DNA of 55,425 nt from a virus (lineage: Duplodnaviria; Caudoviricetes). The stretch's first letter is position 1; each line of letters starts with the position of its first letter. A program made the translations under genes and the position numbers. Below, in pieces: positions 20,451 through 27,363 of the stretch. Location: IMG/VR virus record IMGVR_UViG_3300047089_000323, positions 1-55,425 of that record; one strand, 5' to 3'. The notes under the pieces are model-generated. The model was given only the letters and a program-made list of their open reading frames with translations. It was not told where the DNA came from and did not search any database.

Positions 20451-21291
20451 GGGCGGTTCTCTTAGGTCGTCCGATTTGTTTTTTTGAGGAACGTAAAAAT
20501 CCGCAATAACGACAGCCCTGCCCCCGATACATTAGTCTTTGGACTGTGGGTGTTCCCGTATAATCGTGCTTCGAACAATACACCGTCACACGCCCATCCA
20601 CGGCTCCTGGCTTGCTAGGTGGTCCAATCTCCTGGCATTCCCAGCCAAGTTCTTTGGTTTTGGCGCGGATGTTTTCAGGCGTATTTTTACGACCACGCCG
20701 ATCCCAAATCTGATTTGTTATTTCACTCTGACGCTTTCCCGCTCCGGGTTTACTCCAACGCACCGTGCGTGCGGTTTCACCGTTGTCGATTCCTTTCATC
20801 TTTGCTGATTGCTCAGCGCGTTTCTCAGATGTCCATGCCTTACGCATGGAATTTACCCGCTCCGCTTTTTTTACTGGATCGGCCCAATTCGCCTTGGACC
20901 CTTCGGCGATACGCGCGATTTGTGCTGCACGTAGATCAGGGTTAGCGGCAAGATACTGTCTTACAGATACGGAATGCGCAGCACGCTCTTCTTTGGTTTT
21001 TCGCAGTCCTTTATTCGTATCGGCGCGAAGCCGAATATTGTAGCGAGGTTTGAGGAAATCTATCCAAAATTGTTCACGTGCTTCGAGAAGCTCCGGAGAG
21101 CACTCTTCAAGAATGCCAGACGTGAATCCTACGCCGTCGTATTTTGCCCACGCTTGCGAAAGCCGCAAGGAATGGTGGCGCTTCTTACGAAGGTGGGAAA
21201 AATGAACCCGCTGCCGCAGTTCGATCTTTTCTGAAGATCCAACATACAGTTTGCCACTGGGGCTTTTGATGAAATAGATGCCACACGTCAT
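20443..21291 (-). CDS. free-standing GIY-YIG homing endonuclease
   Basis: MTCGIYFIKSPSGKLYVGSS...R...H...E.E motifs, NUMOD3-like basic repeats, C-terminal CSKH...GQGCRYC zinc module. Confidence 0.9.
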   Translation of the reverse strand: MTCGIYFIKSPSGKLYVGSSEKIELRQRVHFSHLRKKRHHSLRLSQAWAKYDGVGFTSGILEECSPELLEAREQFWIDFLKPRYNIRLRADTNKGLRKTKEERAAHSVSVRQYLAANPDLRAAQIARIAEGSKANWADPVKKAERVNSMRKAWTSEKRAEQSAKMKGIDNGETARTVRWSKPGAGKRQSEITNQIWDRRGRKNTPENIRAKTKELGWECQEIGPPSKPGAVDGRVTVYCSKHDYTGTPTVQRLMYRGQGCRYCGFLRSSKKQIGRPKRTAHA

Positions 21292-21348
21292 ACTCGGGGT
21301 TCCTTACTTGGAGGCCCCGAGTATGTTACCTAGTGTTACTTATGTCAA
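21289..21348 (-). promoter_or_regulatory. promoter TTGACA-N17-CATACT overlapping an RBS-sequestering hairpin of the endonuclease gene
   Basis: -35 at 21343-21348, -10 at 21320-21325; 11-bp perfect inverted repeat 21289-21299/21315-21325 includes the ATG. Confidence 0.65.
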
Positions 21349-21370
21349 GTCTGGCTAACTTATTGAGTTC

Positions 21371-22964
21371 TCAGCCAGAAATCACTTGACTTTGGACGAG
21401 CGCGGTCCCGTCGACTACCTGGTATCCGTAGACTTGTACCGAATGTTATCTAGCCGGCTCTTTATCCGGCCTTCTGCAAATTTCTTTGCAGCGCAGACTA
21501 TATCTTCCTGCTTGCGCAGGCTCCGCGCTCGTGGGCCGTTCATCCGGTCTGGATTACTAGACCTAGTCGTTGAACCTTCTTCCTGTTCCCAGGAAGCTTG
21601 GCTGCTGATTACCCAATCCGAAATGTTTTCCAACCATCGCATCTGTCGTTACCAACTACGCTGTGGTCACTTCGGCTCTCAGGGCGTTCCAGCAATTCAC
21701 GGAGTTTAACGAGAGCCTTAATGTAGAGTTGTCGACCCTCGCAGGATTTGGCCGAATGTTAGTTCGGATCTGAGCGTCTCCAATTTTGAAATCTGACTGG
21801 CAAAAGTGATCCCGTGAGCATGGCCAGCGAAGATCGGCTGCTCGCCGGCCGCGAAGTTAGTCGAGTCCGACGTGTTCGAGGGCAGCAGGTTGCTGATATA
21901 CAAAGTGAACCTGTCCACCATTCCGAGCCTGCCATTGCGCAGCATCGATACCGAATCGCCGGACAAGTAAGCCTGCCGCAGTTCCGACTGCTTGAGCATG
22001 CGTCCCGCCCACGATGGCATGACGATCCAGCGTCCAACCTCTGGGATGTTGGTCTCATCGAGACACTGGCCCATGCGCAGGATCAGGTCGATCAGGTTGA
22101 CCTGTCCTGTCGTTGCGCCCTGCCCGACCACCGTGACCGGCGTGCCTTTGACGCCCAGGTTCAAGTTGGCCGAGATCGCACCGGCGGTCGCTCCTTTATT
22201 TGCGGCGTTGGCTTGGCCGACGATGCCGCCGAGCACGTCCTTGTCGACGGTGATCTTGAGCTGCTGGGCAGCATCATCACTCCACATGCTCAGGATGTTC
22301 AGATCAGACTGCACCTCCATGACGTCATCGAGGATCAGGCTGAAATACTTTCCGTTGCCGATAAACAACTCGACAGAACCGCCAGTTGGCCGGTCGAGTC
22401 CGAGAAGGCCATCGGCCTTGTAGTCACGGATCGTGATCGAAGGCTTCGTGCGAATTCGCACACGATCGCCCATGTTTTGGATTTCCAATTTCTTCGCCGA
22501 TAGGGCTCTTTATCCCTACCTTCCTGCAAGTTTCCTTGCAGATGAGACTATCTCATCACCCTTTGCGGGGCCGGGCGCTCGTGGGCGGCTTATCGTTTCC
22601 TCACCGCCTAGTCGTTGAACCTTCCATCGCCCTGGGGCTCTCGCCTTACATCGATGGCTTGGCTGCTGATTGTCTCCGCCACACTCGGTCAGAGGTCCCA
22701 GCAATTCACCCGGTTTAACGAAGGCTAATCCGTCAACCCTCGTAGTCGGTATTGCTGATCGCGCTGAGCACTGTCGAAGCGTAAAATTTCTCGATCAGTT
22801 TCGCTGACCAGATCTCCATTCAACACCGACTCACATCCCCAAGATCACCACTTGGCAGGGATGAACCCCGTCGTTTGGAGGTTGTTCGGCGTGCTGCCGA
22901 CCGGCGTGAGGACTGGTACTGATCCGGACGTTGCGCCCGGAAAACCTGCACTAGGGATAGGCAT
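21371..22964 (-). CDS. major capsid protein, spliced: join of 22964-22857, 22816-22736, 22485-21735, 21438-21371 (335 aa)
   Basis: Exons total 1008 nt and give one frame: ...GFIP|EIWSAKLIEKFY...DYEG|EIQNMGDRVRIR...QILRG L|QVYGYQVVD...; these are recognisable HK97/P22-type coat motifs; follows the scaffold gene; AGAGGGA SD. Confidence 0.9.
21439..21734 (-). ncRNA. group I intron (296 nt, no ORF), capsid intron 3
   Basis: 5' exon ends in U; IGS GCUCUCG pairs CGAGGGU; P GAAUUGCUGGAA, Q AAUCAGCAG, R GUUCAACGACUAG, S AAGAUAUAGUC; P3 CUCCG/CGGAG; GAAA-loop P9; ends in G. Confidence 0.92.
22486..22735 (-). ncRNA. group I intron (250 nt, no ORF), capsid intron 2
   Basis: Exon ACGAGGGU pairs IGS GCCUUCGU; P GAAUUGCUGGGA, Q AAUCAGCAG, R GUUCAACGACUAG, S GAGAUAGUC; P3 CCGGG/CCCGG; ends in G. 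Confidence 0.92.
22817..22856 (-). other. 40-nt core-less group I-like mini-intron, capsid intron 1
   Basis: GCCAAGUGGUGAUCUUGGGGAUGUGAGUCGGUGUUGAAUG sits between CCU and GAG; carries an in-frame stop and a frameshift; P1 and P10 pairings; terminal G. Confidence 0.75.
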
Positions 22965-23019
22965 TGGACGTAGTCCCTCTCGAGGGGGCATTCGTCCATG
23001 CAGGATCGACGCCCCCGGT

Positions 23020-24096
23020 CTAACGGTAGCGCCCCTCTCGCTGCGCCGCGAACATATCGGCTTCCAAGCGAGCCCATTCGGCCTCTCGGCCGACATAGGC
23101 GCCCTTCCGATGCTGCTCGTAGAGCTGCTTGACTTGGGCGCGCGAATAGATGGGTTTGTCGGGCGGCATCGAGGCATCGCCTCCGGTTGCCGGCCTGGCC
23201 CGTCCAGGGGCCGCCAACGAAGCCAGGGAGACCGCCGGCTCTCTAGGCGGCGCTGCCGGCTGAGAGTAGGGCGCTGGCTCGAGGTGGCCCGTGGCCTGCT
23301 CTTCATGCAGGAAACCACGAAAGAACGAGATGACTCTAGGGGCGTCGGCCGCTGAGATGGCCTCGTTCAGGAATGTTTGTCTAACACGTCCCGACAGAAC
23401 GTCAACTCCGAGCAGCCATTTGTGCCAGCGCGGGTCGCGGTCGATCTCGCGGTAGTTCGGGATCGCGAGTTCGACGCGCTGGTCGAGGCCGCGGCGGGCT
23501 TCGCGCGCCAGGCGTTCGCGCAGGTCGGCGTTCTGCTGTTCGATTTGCGCGACCGTCGGGGCGAGCGCGTCGGCGGCGGCGCGGCGGGTGAAGTCGACCA
23601 GGTCGGTGCCGTAGTTCTGCACGTCCTGCTCGGTGAGATAGGACTTCGGCGGCGGTGGCGGCTGGCGGGTCTGGGTGACGGTGCGCTGCACTTGCAGGAG
23701 CTCGTTGCCGAGCTGGGTCATCTGTTCCTGCATTTCGCCGATGGTCTTCTGCGAGGCGTCGTAGCGGCCCTTCATCGCCAGATAGCGATGCTCCCAGTTG
23801 GCGTCCTTCTCGGGCGGCGGCGGCGTCTGGTCCGCAGCCGCCGGCTGGGATGTCAGGGGCTGTGTGGTCGCCTCGACAGGCGCCGGCGGCTGCGGTGCTC
23901 GAGCCTCCGGGAGGATTGCCGGTGGAGGCTCTGGCGATGGCGGCGCCGGCGGCGGTTCTGCAGCTTGGCCGTCCGCGCCGTTTTTGGCATAGAGCGCATC
24001 GACCGCGGCGGCGCGTTTGCGCACCGCTTCCGGGATGGTATCGGGGTCGAACGGCAGTTTCGCCATTGGTTTTGCGTCGACGGTGATATCCGCCAT
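23020..24096 (-). CDS. capsid scaffolding protein
   Basis: 358 aa, Pro-rich N-terminus, WEHRYLAMKGRYD coiled coil, C-terminal AAQREGR; immediately upstream of the capsid gene. Confidence 0.8.
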   Translation of the reverse strand: MADITVDAKPMAKLPFDPDTIPEAVRKRAAAVDALYAKNGADGQAAEPPPAPPSPEPPPAILPEARAPQPPAPVEATTQPLTSQPAAADQTPPPPEKDANWEHRYLAMKGRYDASQKTIGEMQEQMTQLGNELLQVQRTVTQTRQPPPPPKSYLTEQDVQNYGTDLVDFTRRAAADALAPTVAQIEQQNADLRERLAREARRGLDQRVELAIPNYREIDRDPRWHKWLLGVDVLSGRVRQTFLNEAISAADAPRVISFFRGFLHEEQATGHLEPAPYSQPAAPPREPAVSLASLAAPGRARPATGGDASMPPDKPIYSRAQVKQLYEQHRKGAYVGREAEWARLEADMFAAQREGRYR

Positions 24097-24104
24097 GTCT
24101 CACC

Positions 24105-24317
24105 TCATGTTCGCGCGGCCTCGAGCGCCTGCAACAGCTTCATCGCCAACTGCGCGTGGCCCTGCGCCACCTGCAGGTTCTCGGTGGTCTGGATGAGGTT
24201 GGCGGTCATCTGGGCCGCATAGTCGGCAAACGCAGCAAAGAATTTGTCATAGGCCTGGGGCGAGGCGTTGCGCAGGAAGCGCGCCTGGTCGGTCAGATCC
24301 TTGGTGCTGGTGCTCAC
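24105..24317 (-). CDS. small helical head-module protein
   Basis: GTG start, GTGA coupling; ...LQVAQGHAQ motif typical of the small gene before scaffolds. Confidence 0.65.
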   Translation of the reverse strand: MSTSTKDLTDQARFLRNASPQAYDKFFAAFADYAAQMTANLIQTTENLQVAQGHAQLAMKLLQALEAART

Positions 24318-24598
24318 GCAGTATCGTCGGGTGGCGGCGGCCCCATGGGCGGAGGTCCTGCCGGCGGTGTCGAGCCGAGTGGCGGCCCGCCCATGGGCGG
24401 CGCGGCGGTTGGCGGCGCGACCGGCTGCGGGGCCGTGGGATAGCGGTTCATGGCGCGATCGAGCGGATCGCCGCCGGTGAGGTCCTCGCGCTCGCCGGGC
24501 GACGGGCGCTGCATGGTCGAGCCCTTGCCCTGGTGCTTGATCACGCGGCCGTGTTTGGAGAGCGGGGTGAGGTGCTTTTTGAAAACCATGAATTTCAC
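24314..24598 (-). CDS. small Pro-rich protein
   Basis: 94 aa in a chain of coupled ORFs. Confidence 0.6.
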   Translation of the reverse strand: MKFMVFKKHLTPLSKHGRVIKHQGKGSTMQRPSPGEREDLTGGDPLDRAMNRYPTAPQPVAPPTAAPPMGGPPLGSTPPAGPPPMGPPPPDDTA

Positions 24599-24798
24599 CC
24601 GAAGGGTTTGGGGCCGCCGTAGCCGATGCCGGCCCCGCGCACGCCCAGGTCGGGAGCGCTACCGAGTGGCGTGCCGCCCTTGCCGTATTCACGCGTCGAG
24701 ATCGGCTTGAGCCGCGGCGGCGCGAACACCGCCTTGGCGGGATCGAGCGGCTTGGGTGCGCGTGGCGGCCTGGGCGGCTGGGGAATGGTGCGGGCCAT
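24595..24798 (-). CDS. small basic protein (MARTIPQPPRPP...)
   Basis: TAATG coupling to 24798-24983. Confidence 0.55.
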   Translation of the reverse strand: MARTIPQPPRPPRAPKPLDPAKAVFAPPRLKPISTREYGKGGTPLGSAPDLGVRGAGIGYGGPKPFG

Positions 24799-24983
24799 TA
24801 TTGCGGACTCGTTCTGCCGGGCTTGGCCCGGTGTTGCGTGATGACGCGGGGCGGCAAATCCTTGGCCCCGAATTTGGTCTTGCGTGGTTGCGTTGCCGCC
24901 GGATGCTGGCGCTGCCACTTCCTGACCGGCGTGTCGGCCTTTGGCTTCGGCTGTTCCAGCTCGCGGTTGCGCGGCGCCATCAC
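24798..24983 (-). CDS. small basic protein
   Basis: 61 aa, coupled on both sides. Confidence 0.55.
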   Translation of the reverse strand: MMAPRNRELEQPKPKADTPVRKWQRQHPAATQPRKTKFGAKDLPPRVITQHRAKPGRTSPQ

Positions 24984-25204
24984 CGGGCGCCAGTTTGCCC
25001 GGCCGTGGCAGGCACAGCGGGAGAGAAGCCGAACATCTTGCCTTTTCCGCCCGCAGCGAATTTAGCCCCGGGCGCGGAGCTCTGATCCTTCCCGGTGTCG
25101 CCGGGCTTATCGGGGCCGGCCGCCTGGGGACCGAACATGTGACCCGATCCACCTTCGGCGAATTCCACGTTCTTCGAGGTTTCGAGCTTGGACTTCGGTG
25201 TCAT
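24980..25204 (-). CDS. small protein with two FAxGGxGxMFG repeats
   Basis: EFAEGGSGHMFG / KFAAGGKGKMFG; AGGAG SD. Confidence 0.7.
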   Translation of the reverse strand: MTPKSKLETSKNVEFAEGGSGHMFGPQAAGPDKPGDTGKDQSSAPGAKFAAGGKGKMFGFSPAVPATAGQTGAR

Positions 25205-25224
25205 GACAGACTCCTGCTGGCCTG

Positions 25225-25240
25225 TGTTTCACGTGAAACT
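25225..25240. promoter_or_regulatory. parS: parS-like palindrome
   Basis: TGTTTCACGTGAAACT, 15/16 match to bacterial chromosomal parS TGTTTCACGTGAAACA; intergenic. Confidence 0.7.
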
Positions 25241-25252
25241 TATCGCTAGACT

Positions 25253-25269
25253 GTTAAGACTTTATTAAC
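25253..25269. promoter_or_regulatory. CtrA box TTAA-N7-TTAAC (both strands)
   Basis: GTTAA GACTTTA TTAAC upstream of the scaffold/capsid operon. Confidence 0.7.
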
Positions 25270-25273
25270 TAAC

Positions 25274-26350
25274 TCACCGCACCCGCCGCGCGGCGATTCG
25301 CCCGGTACCGGTCACCGAGCCGCCGCCGAACGTCGTCTGCGCCACCAGGTAGACGCTGGTTTGTGCGTTGACGTTGATCCGGCACGTCCCGGTCGGCAAA
25401 ATCTGCTCCTTGTTCGATGTCAGTGCGCTCGACCAGACTTGCGCGATGGCGCCGGAGCCGTTGATCACCTGCGTGTCGGTCGGCAATGTCGCCGGCACGG
25501 TGCTGACGCCCGCCGCGATCGAATTCGGTCCGGTGGTTGCCGGCGTGAAAATGACGAACCCGCCCACGCTCCAGTCCCCCGGCGGCAGCGTCAGGGTGGT
25601 GATGTTGAGCGCGACGGCGGTGGTGAAGCCGATGCCGCCAAGGTTCACCGCTGCCAGCACCTCGCCGACATTGCCGGCCGCTGCGTCGTCGGCCGCGATG
25701 GTGCCCTTGAGGCTGGCGGTCCCGGTGGGACCGGTGGGGCCGGCAGATCCGGCAGGGCCTGTCGTGCCGGTCGGGCCAACGTTGCCGAGCGCGCCGGGCG
25801 TACCGGGCAGGCCTTGCGCACCGGTTGGGCCGACGATGCCGGTGGATCCTGGTGTGCCGGGTGTGCCCTGAAGCCCGGTCGGACCGGTCGCGCCGATCGT
25901 CCCGGAAACACCCTGCACCCCAGACGGCCCGGTTGGACCAGTAGCCCCGGGCGGGCCCATCGGGCCTTCCGGGCCACCGGACACGGCTGCATCGGACAGT
26001 TCCAGCACCAGCCCGAACGTCCGGTCCGCCGCTTGCGGAACTGGCACGGCATGGGTCCCGGAGCGCAGGCGCACCCAGGAGATCGATGTGCCCATTGCTG
26101 GCGGCAGCAGCACGGATGCTCCCGGCGTCACGCTCGGCACGATCACCTCGTACAGACCGAAAGACCCGCCTGTGGTGTGATAGAGATTGTGCCAATTCAC
26201 GCCGTCGGGCGACAACTGGAACGTCACCGGCGCCGGGGTCCAGTCGTCGGGCAGGATCAAGCGCGTCACTTGGTTGCCGTCGCAGTTGACGGCTTGCGAC
26301 ATCGTCTCGCCCTGCAAAATGGTCAGGCCCGACAGCGTGCGCGGTTGCAT
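25274..26350 (-). CDS. collagen-like fibre protein with jelly-roll-like N-domain
   Basis: N-domain paralogous to 26366-26806; G-X-T triplets; beta-rich C-domain. Confidence 0.75.
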   Translation of the reverse strand: MQPRTLSGLTILQGETMSQAVNCDGNQVTRLILPDDWTPAPVTFQLSPDGVNWHNLYHTTGGSFGLYEVIVPSVTPGASVLLPPAMGTSISWVRLRSGTHAVPVPQAADRTFGLVLELSDAAVSGGPEGPMGPPGATGPTGPSGVQGVSGTIGATGPTGLQGTPGTPGSTGIVGPTGAQGLPGTPGALGNVGPTGTTGPAGSAGPTGPTGTASLKGTIAADDAAAGNVGEVLAAVNLGGIGFTTAVALNITTLTLPPGDWSVGGFVIFTPATTGPNSIAAGVSTVPATLPTDTQVINGSGAIAQVWSSALTSNKEQILPTGTCRINVNAQTSVYLVAQTTFGGGSVTGTGRIAARRVR

Positions 26351-26365
26351 TGAAGTCTCTTTCGA

Positions 26366-26806
26366 CTAGCGCTTATGCTTGGGATAGTGGCGGCTGTCCT
26401 GTGTGGTTACCGCCTCGGCTGACGCCGCCATGGCGCCGCCGTCGGGTACGTCGACCGCGATCGCGAACTCGCGCTCTTCCGGCTGCACCACCGGCACGCC
26501 TTTGGTGCCGGAGCGGATCTTGAGCCAGACAATGCCGCGGCCGAAGCTTTCCGGCAGCACCAGGCCAATGCCGGGCTCGACGCGGGTCAACTGCACCGGA
26601 AACCCGGCGAACGACTCGGGGTTGCCGACGACGTGATAGAGCTCGTTGTACATGGCGCCGTCGGTCGAGAACTGGAACGTGAGCGGGGCGGTCGTCCAGT
26701 TGCCCGGCATGGTCAGGCGCACGATCTCGCCGGCCGAGCAGTCGATCGGCTCCGACAGTGACTCGCCCGCGCGGATGAACGGGCCATTGATGACTTCTAG
26801 CGCCAC
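26366..26806 (-). CDS. virion decoration-like protein
   Basis: GTG start with AAGGAG SD; GESLSEPIDC...WTTAPLTFQFSTDG matches the N-domain of the next gene. Confidence 0.7.
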   Translation of the reverse strand: MALEVINGPFIRAGESLSEPIDCSAGEIVRLTMPGNWTTAPLTFQFSTDGAMYNELYHVVGNPESFAGFPVQLTRVEPGIGLVLPESFGRGIVWLKIRSGTKGVPVVQPEEREFAIAVDVPDGGAMAASAEAVTTQDSRHYPKHKR

Positions 26807-26822
26807 GACAGTCTCCTTCGAG

Positions 26823-27035
26823 TTAGTGCAGGCTGGGCAGATGGATGCCGCCGCCCCCGGCAAACTGCAATAGCAATCCGATCAAGACAAAAACGCCGAT
26901 CGCCACCAGCACGATGATCGCAATCTTCTGCAGCGGCTCAGGCAGCGGCACCTGCTGCATGAGCCAGTAGAGAAAGATCACCACGATGACAAGGACGACC
27001 AGATAAACGAGTAGCGTGACCATGTCCGCCTCCAC
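26823..27035 (-). CDS. small two-TM membrane protein (holin candidate)
   Basis: Two hydrophobic helices; downstream of the endolysin. Confidence 0.55.
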   Translation of the reverse strand: MEADMVTLLVYLVVLVIVVIFLYWLMQQVPLPEPLQKIAIIVLVAIGVFVLIGLLLQFAGGGGIHLPSLH

Positions 27036-27105
27036 CGTATGCGATAATAGTTGCGCCCTTGCGCCCAGTGCCGCGACCGGTCGTAGCGGTCTCGACGCGG
27101 GCGGC

Positions 27106-27363
27106 TCATTTTGTCAGCTTATCCACCATCCGCTCGATTCTTTCCTTGTTCGACATGGTTTGGTTCTCCAGCACGGTCAGCCGGTTTTCGATCACTGCCA
27201 AGTGCGGGGAACCGCGTACTTCCAAGGTACTGACGCGGGTTTCGAGCTGCACCGAGTAAGCGATAATGCTGATGGCGGCCGCGCCGAGCACGCTCGCCTG
27301 CGCTGCCAGGAAATAAACCAGAGTCTGGTTGTCGGAAAGCCATGAGCGCACCCTGTCGATCAT
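27106..27363 (-). CDS. TM + coiled-coil lysis-module protein
   Basis: One TM then heptads; coupled to the amidase stop. Confidence 0.6.
   Translation of the reverse strand: MIDRVRSWLSDNQTLVYFLAAQASVLGAAAISIIAYSVQLETRVSTLEVRGSPHLAVIENRLTVLENQTMSNKERIERMVDKLTK

Noticed and set aside
21415-21642. Short ORFs inside the introns (also 22516-22704) as intron-encoded endonucleases
   Set aside because: They overlap the conserved ribozyme core and have no nuclease motifs.
21718-22488. 256-aa ORF as the complete capsid protein
   Set aside because: Its TTG start is the last 3 nt of intron 2 and its STTLH tail is intron 3 sequence; it is only exon 3.
22817-22856. Insert as an assembly error or capsid pseudogene
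   Set aside because: It is not a duplication of flanking DNA, has precise P1/P10/tether complementarity, and all other structural genes look intact. Only raw reads can fully exclude an error.
22984-23015. GGGGGC/GCCCCC hairpin between scaffold and capsid as a terminator
   Set aside because: No U-tract on the coding strand; it could be a stabilising or processing stem, but evidence is too thin.
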